Assembly: GCA_963771075.1 (NCBI GenBank)
Contig: CAVYSE010000008.1
Coordinates: 34,317 to 98,316 of the forward strand
Length of the DNA: 64,000 nucleotides
Reading direction: 5' to 3'
Origin: a candidate division FCPU426 bacterium
GTDB taxonomy: Bacteria; Oederibacteriota; Muellerivitia; Muellerivitales; Muellerivitaceae
Made by a program: the position numbers and the translations under genes
Notes under the pieces: model-generated
Told to the model about the DNA's origin: nothing
Databases searched by the model: none
Seen by the model: the letters and a program-made list of their open reading frames with translations, nothing else
Part shown: in pieces, positions 1 through 10,103 of the stretch
How the letters are laid out: every line of letters starts with the position of its first letter
How positions within the stretch are numbered: position 1 is the stretch's first letter

Positions 1-189
1 TATGAACGTACCAGCCTGATGGTAACGACGAATCTGCCCTTTGAAAATTGGGTGGAAATCATGGGTTCCGAGAGAATGACGGGAGCGCTTATTGACCGTT
101 TGACCCATCGGGTGCATATTCTAGAGGCGAACGGCCAAAGCTTCAGATTGGGGGAAGCGAAAAAACGGCTCAGGCATAAAGATAAATAG
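1..189 (+). CDS. istB: IS21-family helper ATPase IstB, C-terminal part (5' partial at window edge)
   Basis: Frame 1 reads YERTSLMVTTNLPFENWVEIMGSERMTGALIDRLTHRVHILEANGQSFRL, the typical IstB C-terminus; stop at 187-189. Confidence 0.9.
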   Translation, partial: YERTSLMVTTNLPFENWVEIMGSERMTGALIDRLTHRVHILEANGQSFRLGEAKKRLRHKDK

Positions 190-294
190 GATTGATAAGG
201 CTAACCAACGACCATACACCGTAAGGCGTATGGAAGGCGGGGGGTGTCACACTTTTGGACCGCCCACCGTCACACTTTTCGAGCGGCGCGGACA
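1..294 (+). mobile_element. Right end of an IS21-family element
   Basis: istB is followed by tandem subterminal repeats GTCACACTTTT (246 and 269) and a terminal GACA at 294. Confidence 0.75.
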
Positions 295-457
295 TCCATA
301 CTAGCCTCCACAACATTCATTCCATTTAGACGCCCAACACTTAAATTCAATTCCTGATTTTTAATTCTCTCCTTCTGATTATTGCAAATTTAAGGCATAT
401 CCAGTGTAGTGTTGACACAAAGAAAAAACAAATATAGTCTAACCAACGATATGCATT

Positions 458-655
458 ATGGAATCGAGGGGAAATATCATGGTAAAAGAAGTAAAAAAAC
501 CGCAACAAAATTCTTCTCTTGAAGCGTTCATGGAAGAAATTCACAAGCTTGCGGAAGAGAATTATAAAAAGAGAATCGCGTCCAACAAACCAGGCGATGC
601 GCTCTCCGACTGGTTACAAGCGGAAAAAGAAGTTAAGAAAAAACACAAGCTGTAA
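458..655 (+). CDS. DUF2934-like small protein
   Basis: IHKLAEENY...PGDALSDWLQAEKEV pattern; the true start may be 479. Confidence 0.7.
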   Translation: MESRGNIMVKEVKKPQQNSSLEAFMEEIHKLAEENYKKRIASNKPGDALSDWLQAEKEVKKKHKL

Positions 656-684
656 GCGGAACCATTTTAGCTTTCAAAAACAGT

Positions 685-867
685 TCATTTTCCATTTTTA
701 TAATATTTTGCGTGTGGATGAAGGTCGTGGTAATGCTTTCTATTATCCTCTCTCCATTTCTCCTGAGAATGAATAATACAAAGCCTCCTGTTGTTTATCC
801 TTTTCCCCTTTAACCTGACCCCACAAACTCTACAATCATCTTCTCCCAACTTCTTTGTCTTTTTCAT
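685..867 (-). CDS. Small basic hypothetical protein with CxxC
   Basis: 60-aa ORF with CRVC...C..H and an upstream purine-rich RBS-like stretch. Confidence 0.35.
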   Translation of the reverse strand: MKKTKKLGEDDCRVCGVRLKGKRINNRRLCIIHSQEKWREDNRKHYHDLHPHAKYYKNGK

Positions 868-1693
868 TCCCTGACTCCGTTTAAGAACATCAACATCGCC
901 TTTATAAATTGATCTTTGTATCAGAAATATTCTTCAAAGTTGTTACTCAAGCCTAACCGAGACTGGGTTCATCGGGCGTTAATACCTCTTTTAAAAAACC
1001 GGCCTTTTACGGCACTTAAGTATTTCTTGGCCCGACCCATGTAGTAAACCGGTGACGGGAGTTTGAAAAATCTTTTGATCCCTTTGGATCTATCGGGACA
1101 CACCTACAACCTCTTTTGCGAAATTGCCAGCCGATGCTTCCCTGATGGAAATGAATCCCCCATTTTTTAAAGATTAAATCCCTGACGCGTTCCAGGTTCC
1201 AATGGGCATCTTTAAAACCGAATTTTTTCGGACTGATACCAAGCCAACCAACTACTTCCAGCCATTTTTCCTCGGTTAACGGCGAATTCATGCCCTGGGG
1301 GTACTTCCTTTGCGCCATTTTTCGCCTAAAGGAAGGGGTTCTCCAAAGTTTTTTAAATCTCCGACTGCGCCATCGGCGATACTCCAGGCCCCCCTGCACC
1401 TTTCTCGACATTTCCGACATTTGTTCCCTGTAAACAGGATCAGCCCACTTCTCTTTAAGGTATGCCCGTCTTTTCGTCCGCATCTCACTGGTTTTCCACG
1501 CGTTTTTGATCGCCTGAACAAAATGTTTTTTATATTGCGGATTCTTCCACAGTTTTTTTTGACTTTTGGAGTGTTCCTTGAATTCCCTGGGTGTCCATTT
1601 TCTGCCGGTGTTTGAAATGTTTCCCATGTGGATTGCCGACAGGATTTGCCTGGTTTCCGGGCTGATAATGGTGCGAACCTTAAAATCTTTTTT

Positions 1694-3061
1694 GGGTCTT
1701 CTCCAAAAGTTGTGGGTAAAAAATCATAGCTAAAAGTCAGTTAAGCCTTTCCCTGTAACGAATTTCAGGCCTTGATGGGTCCGAAAAACTTGTCATGCTT
1801 GAGGAATGAAAAACTTCAAGCGTCTGTATGACACCTACCGATTCCCCGGCTTTATCCCCCGAGTCACGCTCAAAGGATTATTTGGTGACCGGTGCGCCCG
1901 GATCATTTCCCTACGCCGCCGGGGAAAAAAACGATTTGTGGAGCCTGTGGAAAGGTTTCTCGGACCTTTTACGACCACAAGACCAGGCTGGTGCGCGACA
2001 AGCCTTGCGGAGACTTGCGTATTTACCTGGAAATGGAAGTCCGGCGTGTGGACTGCAAGGACTGCGGTGCTGTGAAAGGTGAACGGCTTTCCTGGCTGAA
2101 CAACCCCTTCTACACCAAGCGGTTCGCCTATTACGTCGGCAAACGCTGTCAAAACACCACGATCCGCGAAGTGGCCGATGAACTTTGCCTGGATTGGAAG
2201 ACCGTGAAGTCCATGGAAATGGACTACATGCGGGAAAAGTTGAAGCGAGCAGGTAACCCGACACCTCGAGTGTTGGGGATGGATGAAATCTCGGTTCGCA
2301 AGGGGCACAACTACCGGATCGTGGTGAGTGACCTGGAACGTGGTCGGCCCATTTGGTTTGGTGGAAAGGACCGCACGGAAGAAAGTCTGGATCTGTTCTG
2401 GGAGGAATTAGGCCAGAAAAAGGCCGAAAAGGTTCGGTTGGTGGTCATGGACATGTGGGAGGCGTTCGAGAATTCCACGGTTAAAAACGCGACTCAGGCG
2501 GCCATCCTCTACGACAAGTTCCATGTGATGAGAAAACTAGGCGAGGCCATGGACGCCATCCGGCGGTCGGAATATAGCCATCTTCCAAAAGTGGAAAGGG
2601 GTTATCTCAAGGGGAACCGTTACATCCTGCTGTCTCATCGTCAAAACCTGGACTTGAAAGGTCGAAAAAGGTTGAAGGCGCTATTGGCGGTCAACCAGCG
2701 ATTGAATACGGCCTATGTCTTGAAAGAGTCCTTTGGTCAACTTTGGGACTACAAGTACTCGGCCTATGCTGAAAAATTCTTTGAGAATTGGAAGTCATCC
2801 TTGAAGGGTCAAAATCTGAAGCCATATGAGAAATTTTCACAGACGGTGGAGAGGCATTGGGAAGGAATCGTGGCGCACTGCAAGCCGGAGAACAAGGTTT
2901 CATTGGGGTTTGTGGAAGGGTTGAACAACAAGATTAGGGTGATTCAGCGACGGGCTTACGGTCTTCGAGACCCTGAATACCTGCGGCTCAAGGTGCTGAC
3001 TTGTACCCTACCCAACTTCTGAAAATACCCCTAAACTACCCACACGTTTGGGAGAAGACCC
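1694..3061 (+). mobile_element. ISL3-family insertion sequence
   Basis: Imperfect terminal IRs GGGTCTTCTCCAAAAGTTGTGGGTA / TACCCACACGTTTGGGAGAAGACCC; 8-bp TSD TCTTTTTT at 1686-1693 and 3062-3069. Confidence 0.92.
1806..3022 (+). CDS. ISL3 transposase (two overlapping frames, probable -1 frameshift at 1922-1931)
   Basis: CxxC zinc finger, LGMDEISVRKGHNY, VVMDMWEAF, YDKFHV and VEGLNNKIRVIQRRAYG motifs. Confidence 0.9.
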
Positions 3062-3539
3062 TCTTTTTTGTATTCAGCCTGTGTGTAATTGTGTGCGAAC
3101 GTAAGATGGGTATGAGTGATGGCCCTGTAGGATTTATGGCAAATTTTGCATTCAATCATGAGCCCACCAACGGGGACAGGTTGCCCCCATCATTTATTTT
3201 GATCTCTTGTCCAACCCAGTTTCCCGTAGCGGCAAGTTTATTCTTTTTGATTTTAACCTATCCCGGCAGGGTAGGGACGGAAGAAAGCCATCTGGCTTTG
3301 GAGGAATTACCTATCAGACCTTGATGAAATCGAGATGAAGCCCTCGAAGCCAAATCTTTTAACTTTTTTCGCCGTTAATTTCGGACTCGATTCTTTCACA
3401 AGCCGTTATGATTTTCCCGAAACTTGGCGGGTTTAAGATCAATCCCGCCTCCGTTATTACACCGGCTTCATTTCGTAAAATTCGTTGCGAAGTCCCCAAT
3501 CATTCAGCCATAGGTTACCCCTAATATTCCATTGCAGAG

Positions 3540-4736
3540 TTAACTTTGCCCCGCCCAATAAACCACTGGTTTTTCCAGAAACGCTTCAATAGCAATTCCC
3601 TGATTTCCCACCAATAAGGATCGTTTCGGCTTAAAGGCTTTGGTAAAGGAATCAAGCCCGGGCAAAAGATTTTTTCCCATACCGCTTTTCACTTCGATCG
3701 CTGTTAATTCCTTCCCTCTTTTCAAGACGAAGTCCACTTCCTGATTTCTCTCGCGCCAATAAAATATTTCCATGTCCGTTCCAATACAGCCGTTGACCAG
3801 GTGGGCTCCTACCGCCGACTCCACCCATCGGCCCCATGCCTTCGGGTCCTTGCGAGCTTGATCAAATGTCAGGTCCTGGCTGACCGAGTAGAGGGCGGTA
3901 TTCAAAACCTGCCATTTGGGAATGGAACCTCTTTGCCGTACTTTCTGTCCAGAGTATTTAGAAAGCCCCGTTAGCATTCCGACTTTTGACAACAATTCCA
4001 CATAATGAGCCAAGGTGGTGGTATTCCCCGCGTCCTGCAGTTGTCCCACCATTTTCTGGTAAGAAAGAATTTGGCCGGAATACTCGCACCCCAGCTGAAA
4101 TAACCTCCGCAATAGTGCGGGTTTGTCGACACGGGTCAAAAGAAGGACGTCACGCGAGAGGGTTGTTTCGATCAGGGAATCCCGAAGGTACTGGGTCCAT
4201 CTCTCGGGCTCACTAATGAGGGAAGCTGAGCCGGGATACCCACCGTAATAGATATATTTTTCCAAGGTCCATCCAAAGGCCTTTTTCATTTCACTAAAAG
4301 ACCAGTGGGTGATCGGGATGGTTTCAAACCTTCCAGCAAGACTTTCGGTGAGACCTTTCTGAATTAAAAGAGGCGCGGACCCTAAAAGGGCCACTTTGAG
4401 GGACACCCGATGGGCCGTATCCTCGTCCCAAAGACGCTTGATGATTTCCGACCAATCGCCAATTTTTTGAACCTCATCGAGGATCAAAACCGCGCCAGAG
4501 TTCTTCTTTTCCCCGGCCAATAACCGCGCCTGATCCCACTGTTTTTGAATCCACTGAGGGTCACGAAGGGAGGGTTGGTCGGCGGAAGCGTAATGGTGTG
4601 GCGTTTTCAAGGATTTGAGGACCTGCCCCACCAGGGTCGTCTTACCCACCTGGCGGGGACCCGCCAAGACTTGGATAAATCGACGGCTTTCTTCCAACCG
4701 TTCTTTTAGGATTTCCGCCTGATGTCTTTGATACAT
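3540..4736 (-). CDS. AAA+ ATPase (AAA_14 + DUF4143 family)
   Basis: GPRQVGKTT Walker A, LILDEVQ Walker B, ESLAGR, YGGYP and C-terminal EVDFV...AIEVKS. Confidence 0.9.
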   Translation of the reverse strand: MYQRHQAEILKERLEESRRFIQVLAGPRQVGKTTLVGQVLKSLKTPHHYASADQPSLRDPQWIQKQWDQARLLAGEKKNSGAVLILDEVQKIGDWSEIIKRLWDEDTAHRVSLKVALLGSAPLLIQKGLTESLAGRFETIPITHWSFSEMKKAFGWTLEKYIYYGGYPGSASLISEPERWTQYLRDSLIETTLSRDVLLLTRVDKPALLRRLFQLGCEYSGQILSYQKMVGQLQDAGNTTTLAHYVELLSKVGMLTGLSKYSGQKVRQRGSIPKWQVLNTALYSVSQDLTFDQARKDPKAWGRWVESAVGAHLVNGCIGTDMEIFYWRERNQEVDFVLKRGKELTAIEVKSGMGKNLLPGLDSFTKAFKPKRSLLVGNQGIAIEAFLEKPVVYWAGQS

Positions 4737-4929
4737 GGAGCACCTTTACAATTTACTCAATATGGTGAGTTATTTTACTCAACGTCCAGAACGATCGTCA
4801 AGACTCGCTTTCATGGTGCTAAAAAAATCTTTCTAAGGCGTACCGCACCACATCTTCCATTATGTATAGCCCCCACTTTCTTATTCCCCAAAAAAACCAC
4901 CAAGCGCAGCTGAAAGTATGGCACTATTA

Positions 4930-5175
4930 TTACACTGTGATTTTGATATCAATGTCCTCCGAGAATCGGTTGATGGCGTTGTAGGCTTTGGAAAGCGACG
5001 TGCCACCCTTGAAGGTCAGCGATGGGGCAATTGCGGACTTGAACAGCATTGACAGGGTCCAGACGACCCAAACATCCTTTTCCAATAGATAGGCCGGGCG
5101 GCCAATCCTGGCTGAAGCGGCCTTTAGGGCTTCTTTCCGGTCCGCCCGTGAGAGCGAAAAATAGGACTCAGCCAC
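4930..5175 (-). pseudogene. Truncated AbiEii-family nucleotidyltransferase toxin
   Basis: LEKDVWV...FKGGTSLSKAY...RFSEDIDI, then an immediate stop after ~80 aa. Confidence 0.8.
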
Positions 5176-5764
5176 GGTGGCCGGCTTCACCCAGCAATCT
5201 GGCGATCCATTCAGGGAATGAAGCCCTCGACGCGACCAGCAGCTTCCATTCTTCCTTGGAAAGTTTTTGGTGGATTTTGGACAAAGCCTCCTGCCCATGC
5301 GCCTGACCTATCCAAGCCAATGCGCGCACAGCCATTCCAGCAGGACGGTTGCCCAAGGATAATTGCCAGCGTGGGGCATGTGTGAATCGAATAATGCGAT
5401 TCCCAAGTTTCATTGTGCGATTCCTGCCTGAGGTGAAGAACACTTCCTGGACGGGTACCTGAGTAGTCAAACCAAGGGCGTTGGCCGCTACAGCCCCATT
5501 AGGAGCCACTTCCTCGCCTTTTTTAACGGCGATAGACTTAATAACGGATTCCGGAGAGGGAGAACGACTGCCAAAACGGCCTTCCACGGGGACCACATAC
5601 GCTCCGCGCTCAACCCGAATCAATTTCCCTGCTTTCGTCAGGCGGGTAAAAGCCTGGTCCACGGCGGCGCGGGTGTTGGAACCCAAAAATTCCTTGGGGG
5701 ACAATACGCTTCCCTCCGGCATTGCCTTGGACGAACTAAGAATGGCTTCAATGAGGGGACTCAT
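5168..5764 (-). CDS. DUF6088/AbiEi-like antitoxin, transcriptional regulator
   Basis: AAVDQAFTRL...LIRVERGAY and ANALGLTTQVP motifs; overlaps the start of abiEii. Confidence 0.85.
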   Translation of the reverse strand: MSPLIEAILSSSKAMPEGSVLSPKEFLGSNTRAAVDQAFTRLTKAGKLIRVERGAYVVPVEGRFGSRSPSPESVIKSIAVKKGEEVAPNGAVAANALGLTTQVPVQEVFFTSGRNRTMKLGNRIIRFTHAPRWQLSLGNRPAGMAVRALAWIGQAHGQEALSKIHQKLSKEEWKLLVASRASFPEWIARLLGEAGHRG

Positions 5765-5779
5765 GGGAATAAACTCCTT

Positions 5780-5815
5780 TGTCAGAATTATATGTCAGTT
5801 TCTGACATGTTTCAA
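5780..5815 (-). promoter_or_regulatory. Sigma70 promoter with overlapping inverted-repeat operator for the abiE operon
   Basis: Minus strand TTGAAA-17bp-TATAAT; IR TGTCAGAA(5780-5787)...TTCTGACA(5800-5807). Confidence 0.75.
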
Positions 5816-5907
5816 GGGACCATCTTTGGGGGTCTCAGAGGCTGTAATTGGCGCTCGCAGATTGGACAGCTAGAAACCAGGTTTTTGAGGGTGTAACGGA
5901 CAGGAAT

Positions 5908-7359
5908 TCATTTCAACCCCAGCTTGTGCCGTAGGGCAGGAACATCGGGTTTCAGTAGATTGTTTCCACCCCTTTCTGAGTTCCGCTCATATTGATAAAG
6001 AAGCGCTTCCAAAAGTTCGCGTCCCTCGGGAATTTTGGCGGCTTGGCGCGGGGTGAGTCCTCCCAGGGCCGGAATCTTCTCGTCAAACCAACTTTCCCAC
6101 TGCTTCGTAGCCATATGGGCCATGGCTTCCCGGACTTCGGGGCTTTCCTGAAGCTCTCGATCCGGCGCTAATGGTTTCCCTGCCAGCCCGCCCTTCATGT
6201 TTTTTCGGGCCGATTCGGGGGATTGGAGAGTGAGCCCCACGAAGGCGGCGTCCTGGCCCATGCGTTTTTCAATCTCCTGCCTTATCTTTTTCGCGCGCTT
6301 CTCCGAGTTGACTTCCGCTGTGATCTTCCCCGGTTCCAGAACCAGAGCGCCCATGACCGTGCTGGTCCAAGATTTCATTTTCTGGTTGCCCTTCTTTAGC
6401 CATGAGAATTCTAACCGGCAGATGGCACCCGAGGGGTCCCGTGCGGCGTCGTCCCGGATATCTTCAAGTGTCCTCTCGAAACAAAGGGAAGCCAATCGGG
6501 GAAAAGCTGCCTCCACAGTGACCTTCAAATCGAAAGTCGCCTTGCAGAACATCAGGGGGTCGCCGTCGGTGTTGCACAGTTGGGGTGGCAACGGATTTTC
6601 GACGCTTTTTCTCATCCTGAAATAGGTTTCTCGGAAAAACGCATCCATTAACAAAAGCAGGATTTCGTCGGGGATTCCCCGCGACTTTTTGACTTTAGAC
6701 ACATCTTCCCGTAGTTCAAGGATATGGCCCAGGTATTCAGGGGGAAGGGGTATCATCCCGGCTCCCATCAGGATGTTCGCATCGGGAAACCTCAGGACTC
6801 TCGAAAACAGGATGTCCCCTGGTCTAGCGTTTTCGGTGGCGGCAACCTCCGCCACTTCCACTTCGCCGCCTAGGATCGTGTCCCGAAGCAGTAGGGCGGG
6901 TCCCGGTTCCACCCGGCGCACCTGATAAAAGCTATAGCGCGCACGCATCAGAGCTAGTAGGAACCCAGTCTGATCCTCCCGAAGATTTTTCTCTTGTTCA
7001 GCCAGATAGGCGGCAGCTACCGTGGGACGGGGGTAATCCGCCTCTGGGCCTGAGAGCTCAGACGGCGTCCAGATCGAGCCGATCCAGGGCATAAACATAC
7101 CGAAAAAATCAGGGTCATCCTCGGGGATATCGCCGTCGAACAGTCCTTTCGCAAAAACCTTCAGCGCCCGGTCATAATCCTTTGGGTTGAAACGATCCCG
7201 AGCGTAATGGGCCAGTTTTGGGATGAGATCGCCCTCTAGTTCCCGATAACGCCGCCTAGCGAATTCGCGTTCCTCCCCAGATTTCCTCAGGCAACACTGC
7301 TTATATTTTTTGCCGCTTCCACAGGGACAACGATCGTTTCTTCCTGGTGATTTAGACAT
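5908..7359 (-). CDS. SEC-C motif protein with C-terminal DUF2384/MbcA-like domain
   Basis: GRNDRCPCGSGKKYKQCC at the N-terminus; WFDEKIPALGGLTPRQA near the C-terminus. Confidence 0.8.
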   Translation of the reverse strand: MSKSPGRNDRCPCGSGKKYKQCCLRKSGEEREFARRRYRELEGDLIPKLAHYARDRFNPKDYDRALKVFAKGLFDGDIPEDDPDFFGMFMPWIGSIWTPSELSGPEADYPRPTVAAAYLAEQEKNLREDQTGFLLALMRARYSFYQVRRVEPGPALLLRDTILGGEVEVAEVAATENARPGDILFSRVLRFPDANILMGAGMIPLPPEYLGHILELREDVSKVKKSRGIPDEILLLLMDAFFRETYFRMRKSVENPLPPQLCNTDGDPLMFCKATFDLKVTVEAAFPRLASLCFERTLEDIRDDAARDPSGAICRLEFSWLKKGNQKMKSWTSTVMGALVLEPGKITAEVNSEKRAKKIRQEIEKRMGQDAAFVGLTLQSPESARKNMKGGLAGKPLAPDRELQESPEVREAMAHMATKQWESWFDEKIPALGGLTPRQAAKIPEGRELLEALLYQYERNSERGGNNLLKPDVPALRHKLGLK

Positions 7360-7519
7360 GAAAACTCCGGATTCATCTACTTTTCGGGCATGGGGAATTA
7401 TAGATAACAACATTACCACAACAAAGGGCCTTTTATTCCAGGCGAGATATTACAAAGGCAGTATGAACCTTCATTCAATGGCCTTCCCAGGTTAGGGGAT
7501 ATTGTTCGAAAATAACCCT

Positions 7520-7632
7520 CAGCTGCGGTTCTCTTTTTTAAAATCTCCTCCGCGAGCTTTTGAATTTCTACATAGAATGCTTCGAGAGATAGTTTTTGTT
7601 GCGGTTTTTTTTCTTCTTTTGCCGTGATAATA
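7520..7632 (-). pseudogene. Degenerate inverted copy of the DUF2934-like gene at 458-655
   Basis: The reverse complement reads AKEEKKPQQKLSLEAFYVEIQKLAEEILKKR versus VKEVKKPQQNSSLEAFMEEIHKLAEENYKKR; ACG replaces ATG and the 3' part is missing. Confidence 0.65.
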
Positions 7633-7662
7633 ACTCATCTTCTATTCAGCATTACATATTAT

Positions 7663-7889
7663 TCAGATTTCCCTGATAAGCTTCTCTGGAAACGTTGGCA
7701 CTTCATAAACCTGGTACTCCCTTGTCGGAAATAAGGGGTAGCACCAGACGCACCGCCAGGGGAATATCCGCGACATCGACACGGCTCGTCTTGACCAACG
7801 CGACCGACCGCTCCATGGTATCCGCCAACTCGCGTACATTTCCGGGCCAGGCATAGCCGAGCAGTTGTTCCTCGGCCGAGGCAGTAAAT
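7663..7889 (-). pseudogene. C-terminal fragment of a sigma54-dependent (NtrC-like) activator
   Basis: FTASAEEQLLGYAWPGNVRELADTMERSV; cut at the 37-bp element. Confidence 0.75.
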
Positions 7890-7926
7890 GTTGCACACCA
7901 TCCTTTTTGGGAGGGCCATGTGCAGG
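7890..7926. repeat. 37-bp junction hairpin element, copy 1
   Basis: GTTGCACACCATCCTTTTTGGGAGGGCCATGTGCAGG. Confidence 0.9.
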
Positions 7927-8420
7927 GGTCCATCGTCTCGAATAATTCAAAATCGGCCGAAAAGTTCATCCACGGGATTAAGGTCTTAATGGCCAAAAAC
8001 TACGTGGATAACCTCTCTGAGGAAACTCGCAAGGGGATGACTGAAAAGGCGGCGGAAGGGATATGGCCATCCGCCGCTCCCCTTGGTTACAAGAACATTG
8101 CCGGGCGTGACGGCAAGCGAACCATAAAGCCGGATTCCAAAATGAGCAGGATCATTTATTCCCTGTATAAGGACTATTCAACGGGGCGTTATTCCCTCAC
8201 TGAAATAACTAAGAGGGACTGGAATAAAGGGTTGGTGGTCCGGAAAAGCAAAAAGATTCTTTCCAAGAGTACAGTTTATAAAATTCTAACTAACCGGATG
8301 TATACGGGGGTGTTCCAATGGAGAGAGATAAATTATCGGGGTAAGTACAAGCCTATCATTCCGCAAAAACTTTGGGATAAAACCCAGAAGGTTATGGAAA
8401 AACACTTCAAGTTAAGATAA
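7927..8420 (+). pseudogene. 5'-truncated near-identical copy of the serine recombinase at 45686-46519
   Basis: Matches ~46026-46519 from GSIVSNNSKSAEK onward; lacks the catalytic YVRVSS segment. Confidence 0.9.
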
Positions 8421-8434
8421 TCAGTAGTACTGAG

Positions 8435-8462
8435 TGTTCCTTTTGGGTCCCCATCATGGACA
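8435..8462 (+). repeat. att-like dyad site (array 2, site 1)
   Basis: TGTTCC-TTTT-GGG-TC-CCC-ATCA-TGGACA directly after the recombinase copy. Confidence 0.8.
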
Positions 8463-8475
8463 AAACTTTTCTTCA

Positions 8476-9621
8476 TTACGACAGTTTCATCCACCAGGGC
8501 GGTTGAAGTTTATGGGGCTTGCGGCCCACGGCAAATGGTGCGAGATCCATTTCCGTTTTCCCGTCCAAAATCAATTGCGTCATCAGGTGTCCACTAGCGG
8601 CTGCCAGAAGATGCCCATGCGTGTGGTGGCCCGCCGCGATAAAAAGCCCGTCCGTTCCCGGAACCGCGCCCAGGAAAGGGTGGCCGTCCACCGAACCGGG
8701 GCGGAAACCGGCGAAATAACCCGACACTCGTAGCGGCGACAAGGTCGGTGCCATGCGCCTGGCCGCAGTCGCCAGGGTCGCAATGCCTTCAGGTGTCACA
8801 GCCCGCTCAAACCCGGCTTTTTCCAAGGTACTCCCGACGTACAATTCGCCGCCCCGGCGCGGCACCATATAGTACCCGGTCGCGAAGAGGATATGCTTGA
8901 TCCCTGAAGGGGGACCTTGAAGAAGCAGTACCTGTCCCCGAAGGGGATACACCGGCAAATTGATCCCGAGCGGGCTCAATAGTTCCGGCGCCCAAGCCCC
9001 AGTGGCCAACACCACTGCGTCGGCTTCGATCATCCGTTTGCCTGTTTTCACCCCTTGAATTTTTCCGCCGCGAACCACCAACGACTTCACCGGTTCGTTG
9101 GAGTGAATAGGCACTCCGGCTTTCCATACCGCTTTCACCGCCGTCAGACACATGGCTGAGGGGCGAATCTGGATGGTTTCGGGCAGGTACATGGCCTTGC
9201 GGACATCTTTCGGCAAGGCGGGTTCCTTGCGGCGAGCTTCCTTGTTGTTCAACCACCGAACCACCATACCCAATTGCTCCAGGCGTTTCGAAAGCGTCCT
9301 CGCGTTCTTTTCTTCCATCGCAGAAAACAAAAGCCCCATCGAACCCGACTTCTCCCATTCGGGGTCCACCCCGGAGACGCGGTGAAGTTCCTTCACCCAG
9401 GACGGGTACAGGCAGTAGGACAAACGGCTTAGTTCATAGAGTTCCGGGGTATCGAATGCCACACTGTGGAGGGGCAACATCCCCGCACCAGCGGCGGATG
9501 CTTCTTGCGCGGGCTCGTGACGATCCAGAACTACTGGCCGTGCACCGCGTTTTTTGAGGTGCCAAGCGATGGAGAGGCCGACGAGGCCCCCACCCACCAC
9601 GAGAACTTTTGTTTTATTCAT
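8476..9621 (-). CDS. thiO: Glycine oxidase ThiO-like FAD-dependent oxidoreductase
   Basis: VVGGGLVG, EASAAGAGML, PLRGQ, YMVPR and AGFRPGS motifs. Confidence 0.8.
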   Translation of the reverse strand: MNKTKVLVVGGGLVGLSIAWHLKKRGARPVVLDRHEPAQEASAAGAGMLPLHSVAFDTPELYELSRLSYCLYPSWVKELHRVSGVDPEWEKSGSMGLLFSAMEEKNARTLSKRLEQLGMVVRWLNNKEARRKEPALPKDVRKAMYLPETIQIRPSAMCLTAVKAVWKAGVPIHSNEPVKSLVVRGGKIQGVKTGKRMIEADAVVLATGAWAPELLSPLGINLPVYPLRGQVLLLQGPPSGIKHILFATGYYMVPRRGGELYVGSTLEKAGFERAVTPEGIATLATAARRMAPTLSPLRVSGYFAGFRPGSVDGHPFLGAVPGTDGLFIAAGHHTHGHLLAAASGHLMTQLILDGKTEMDLAPFAVGRKPHKLQPPWWMKLS

Positions 9622-9722
9622 GTTTTCTCCCAGGTTCAGAAAAAAAGGGTCGGATCGCGGGCTGGCGCGACGATCTCTTGGTTTGGTTTCCAACCTTCAA
9701 CATTTCGAACATAACATTTGGT

Positions 9723-9750
9723 TGTCCAGGATGGGTCCCCGTCATGGACA
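9723..9750 (+). repeat. att-like dyad site (array 2, site 2)
   Basis: (GT)TGTCCA-GGAT-GGG-TC-CCC-GTCA-TGGACA(AC). Confidence 0.85.
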
Positions 9751-9788
9751 ACCCGTTACATTTAGAGCGAAGTAAAATGGAACAAGGA

Positions 9789-10097
9789 TTAAGCTGTGTG
9801 GGCGTGGATCCGCAGTTCCGTCTTTACCCAGCCAGCGCGTTGAGCAAGGCGAAGATCGTAATCCGATTGAAGTGTGAGCCAGGTTTCGGGCGAAACGCCG
9901 AAATACTTCCCCAGACGTAAAGCAGTGTCAGCCGTAATCGAGCGGCCCGCATTGACGATGCCGCTGATGCGGTTGGGCGGAACGATGATGTCGCGTGCCA
10001 GTTGATTGATACTGATACCCATGGGTTTCATAAATTCCTCTAAAAGCACTTCCCCGGGATGGATGGGATCCAACTTTTTCGCTTTTGTATTCATCAT
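9789..10097 (-). CDS. higA: HigA antitoxin
   Basis: PIHPGEVLLEEFMKP...ITADTALRL...WLTLQSDYDL. Confidence 0.92.
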   Translation of the reverse strand: MMNTKAKKLDPIHPGEVLLEEFMKPMGISINQLARDIIVPPNRISGIVNAGRSITADTALRLGKYFGVSPETWLTLQSDYDLRLAQRAGWVKTELRIHAHTA

Positions 10098-10103
10098 TTC
10101 ACC

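Larger units (their letters stand above)
1016..3159 (-). pseudogene. ROS/MucR-like zinc finger + basic helical region + winged-HTH protein, interrupted by ISL3
   Basis: Removing 1694-3061 and one TSD copy joins MIECKICHKSYRAITHTHL...EYKKDF in frame to ORF 1016-1627 (255 aa); a paralogous N-terminus lies at 56518-56716. Confidence 0.75.

Noticed and set aside
1016..1627. Homing endonuclease or intron
   Set aside because: Basic repeats recall NUMOD3 segments, but no GIY-YIG/HNH motif or intron context is visible.
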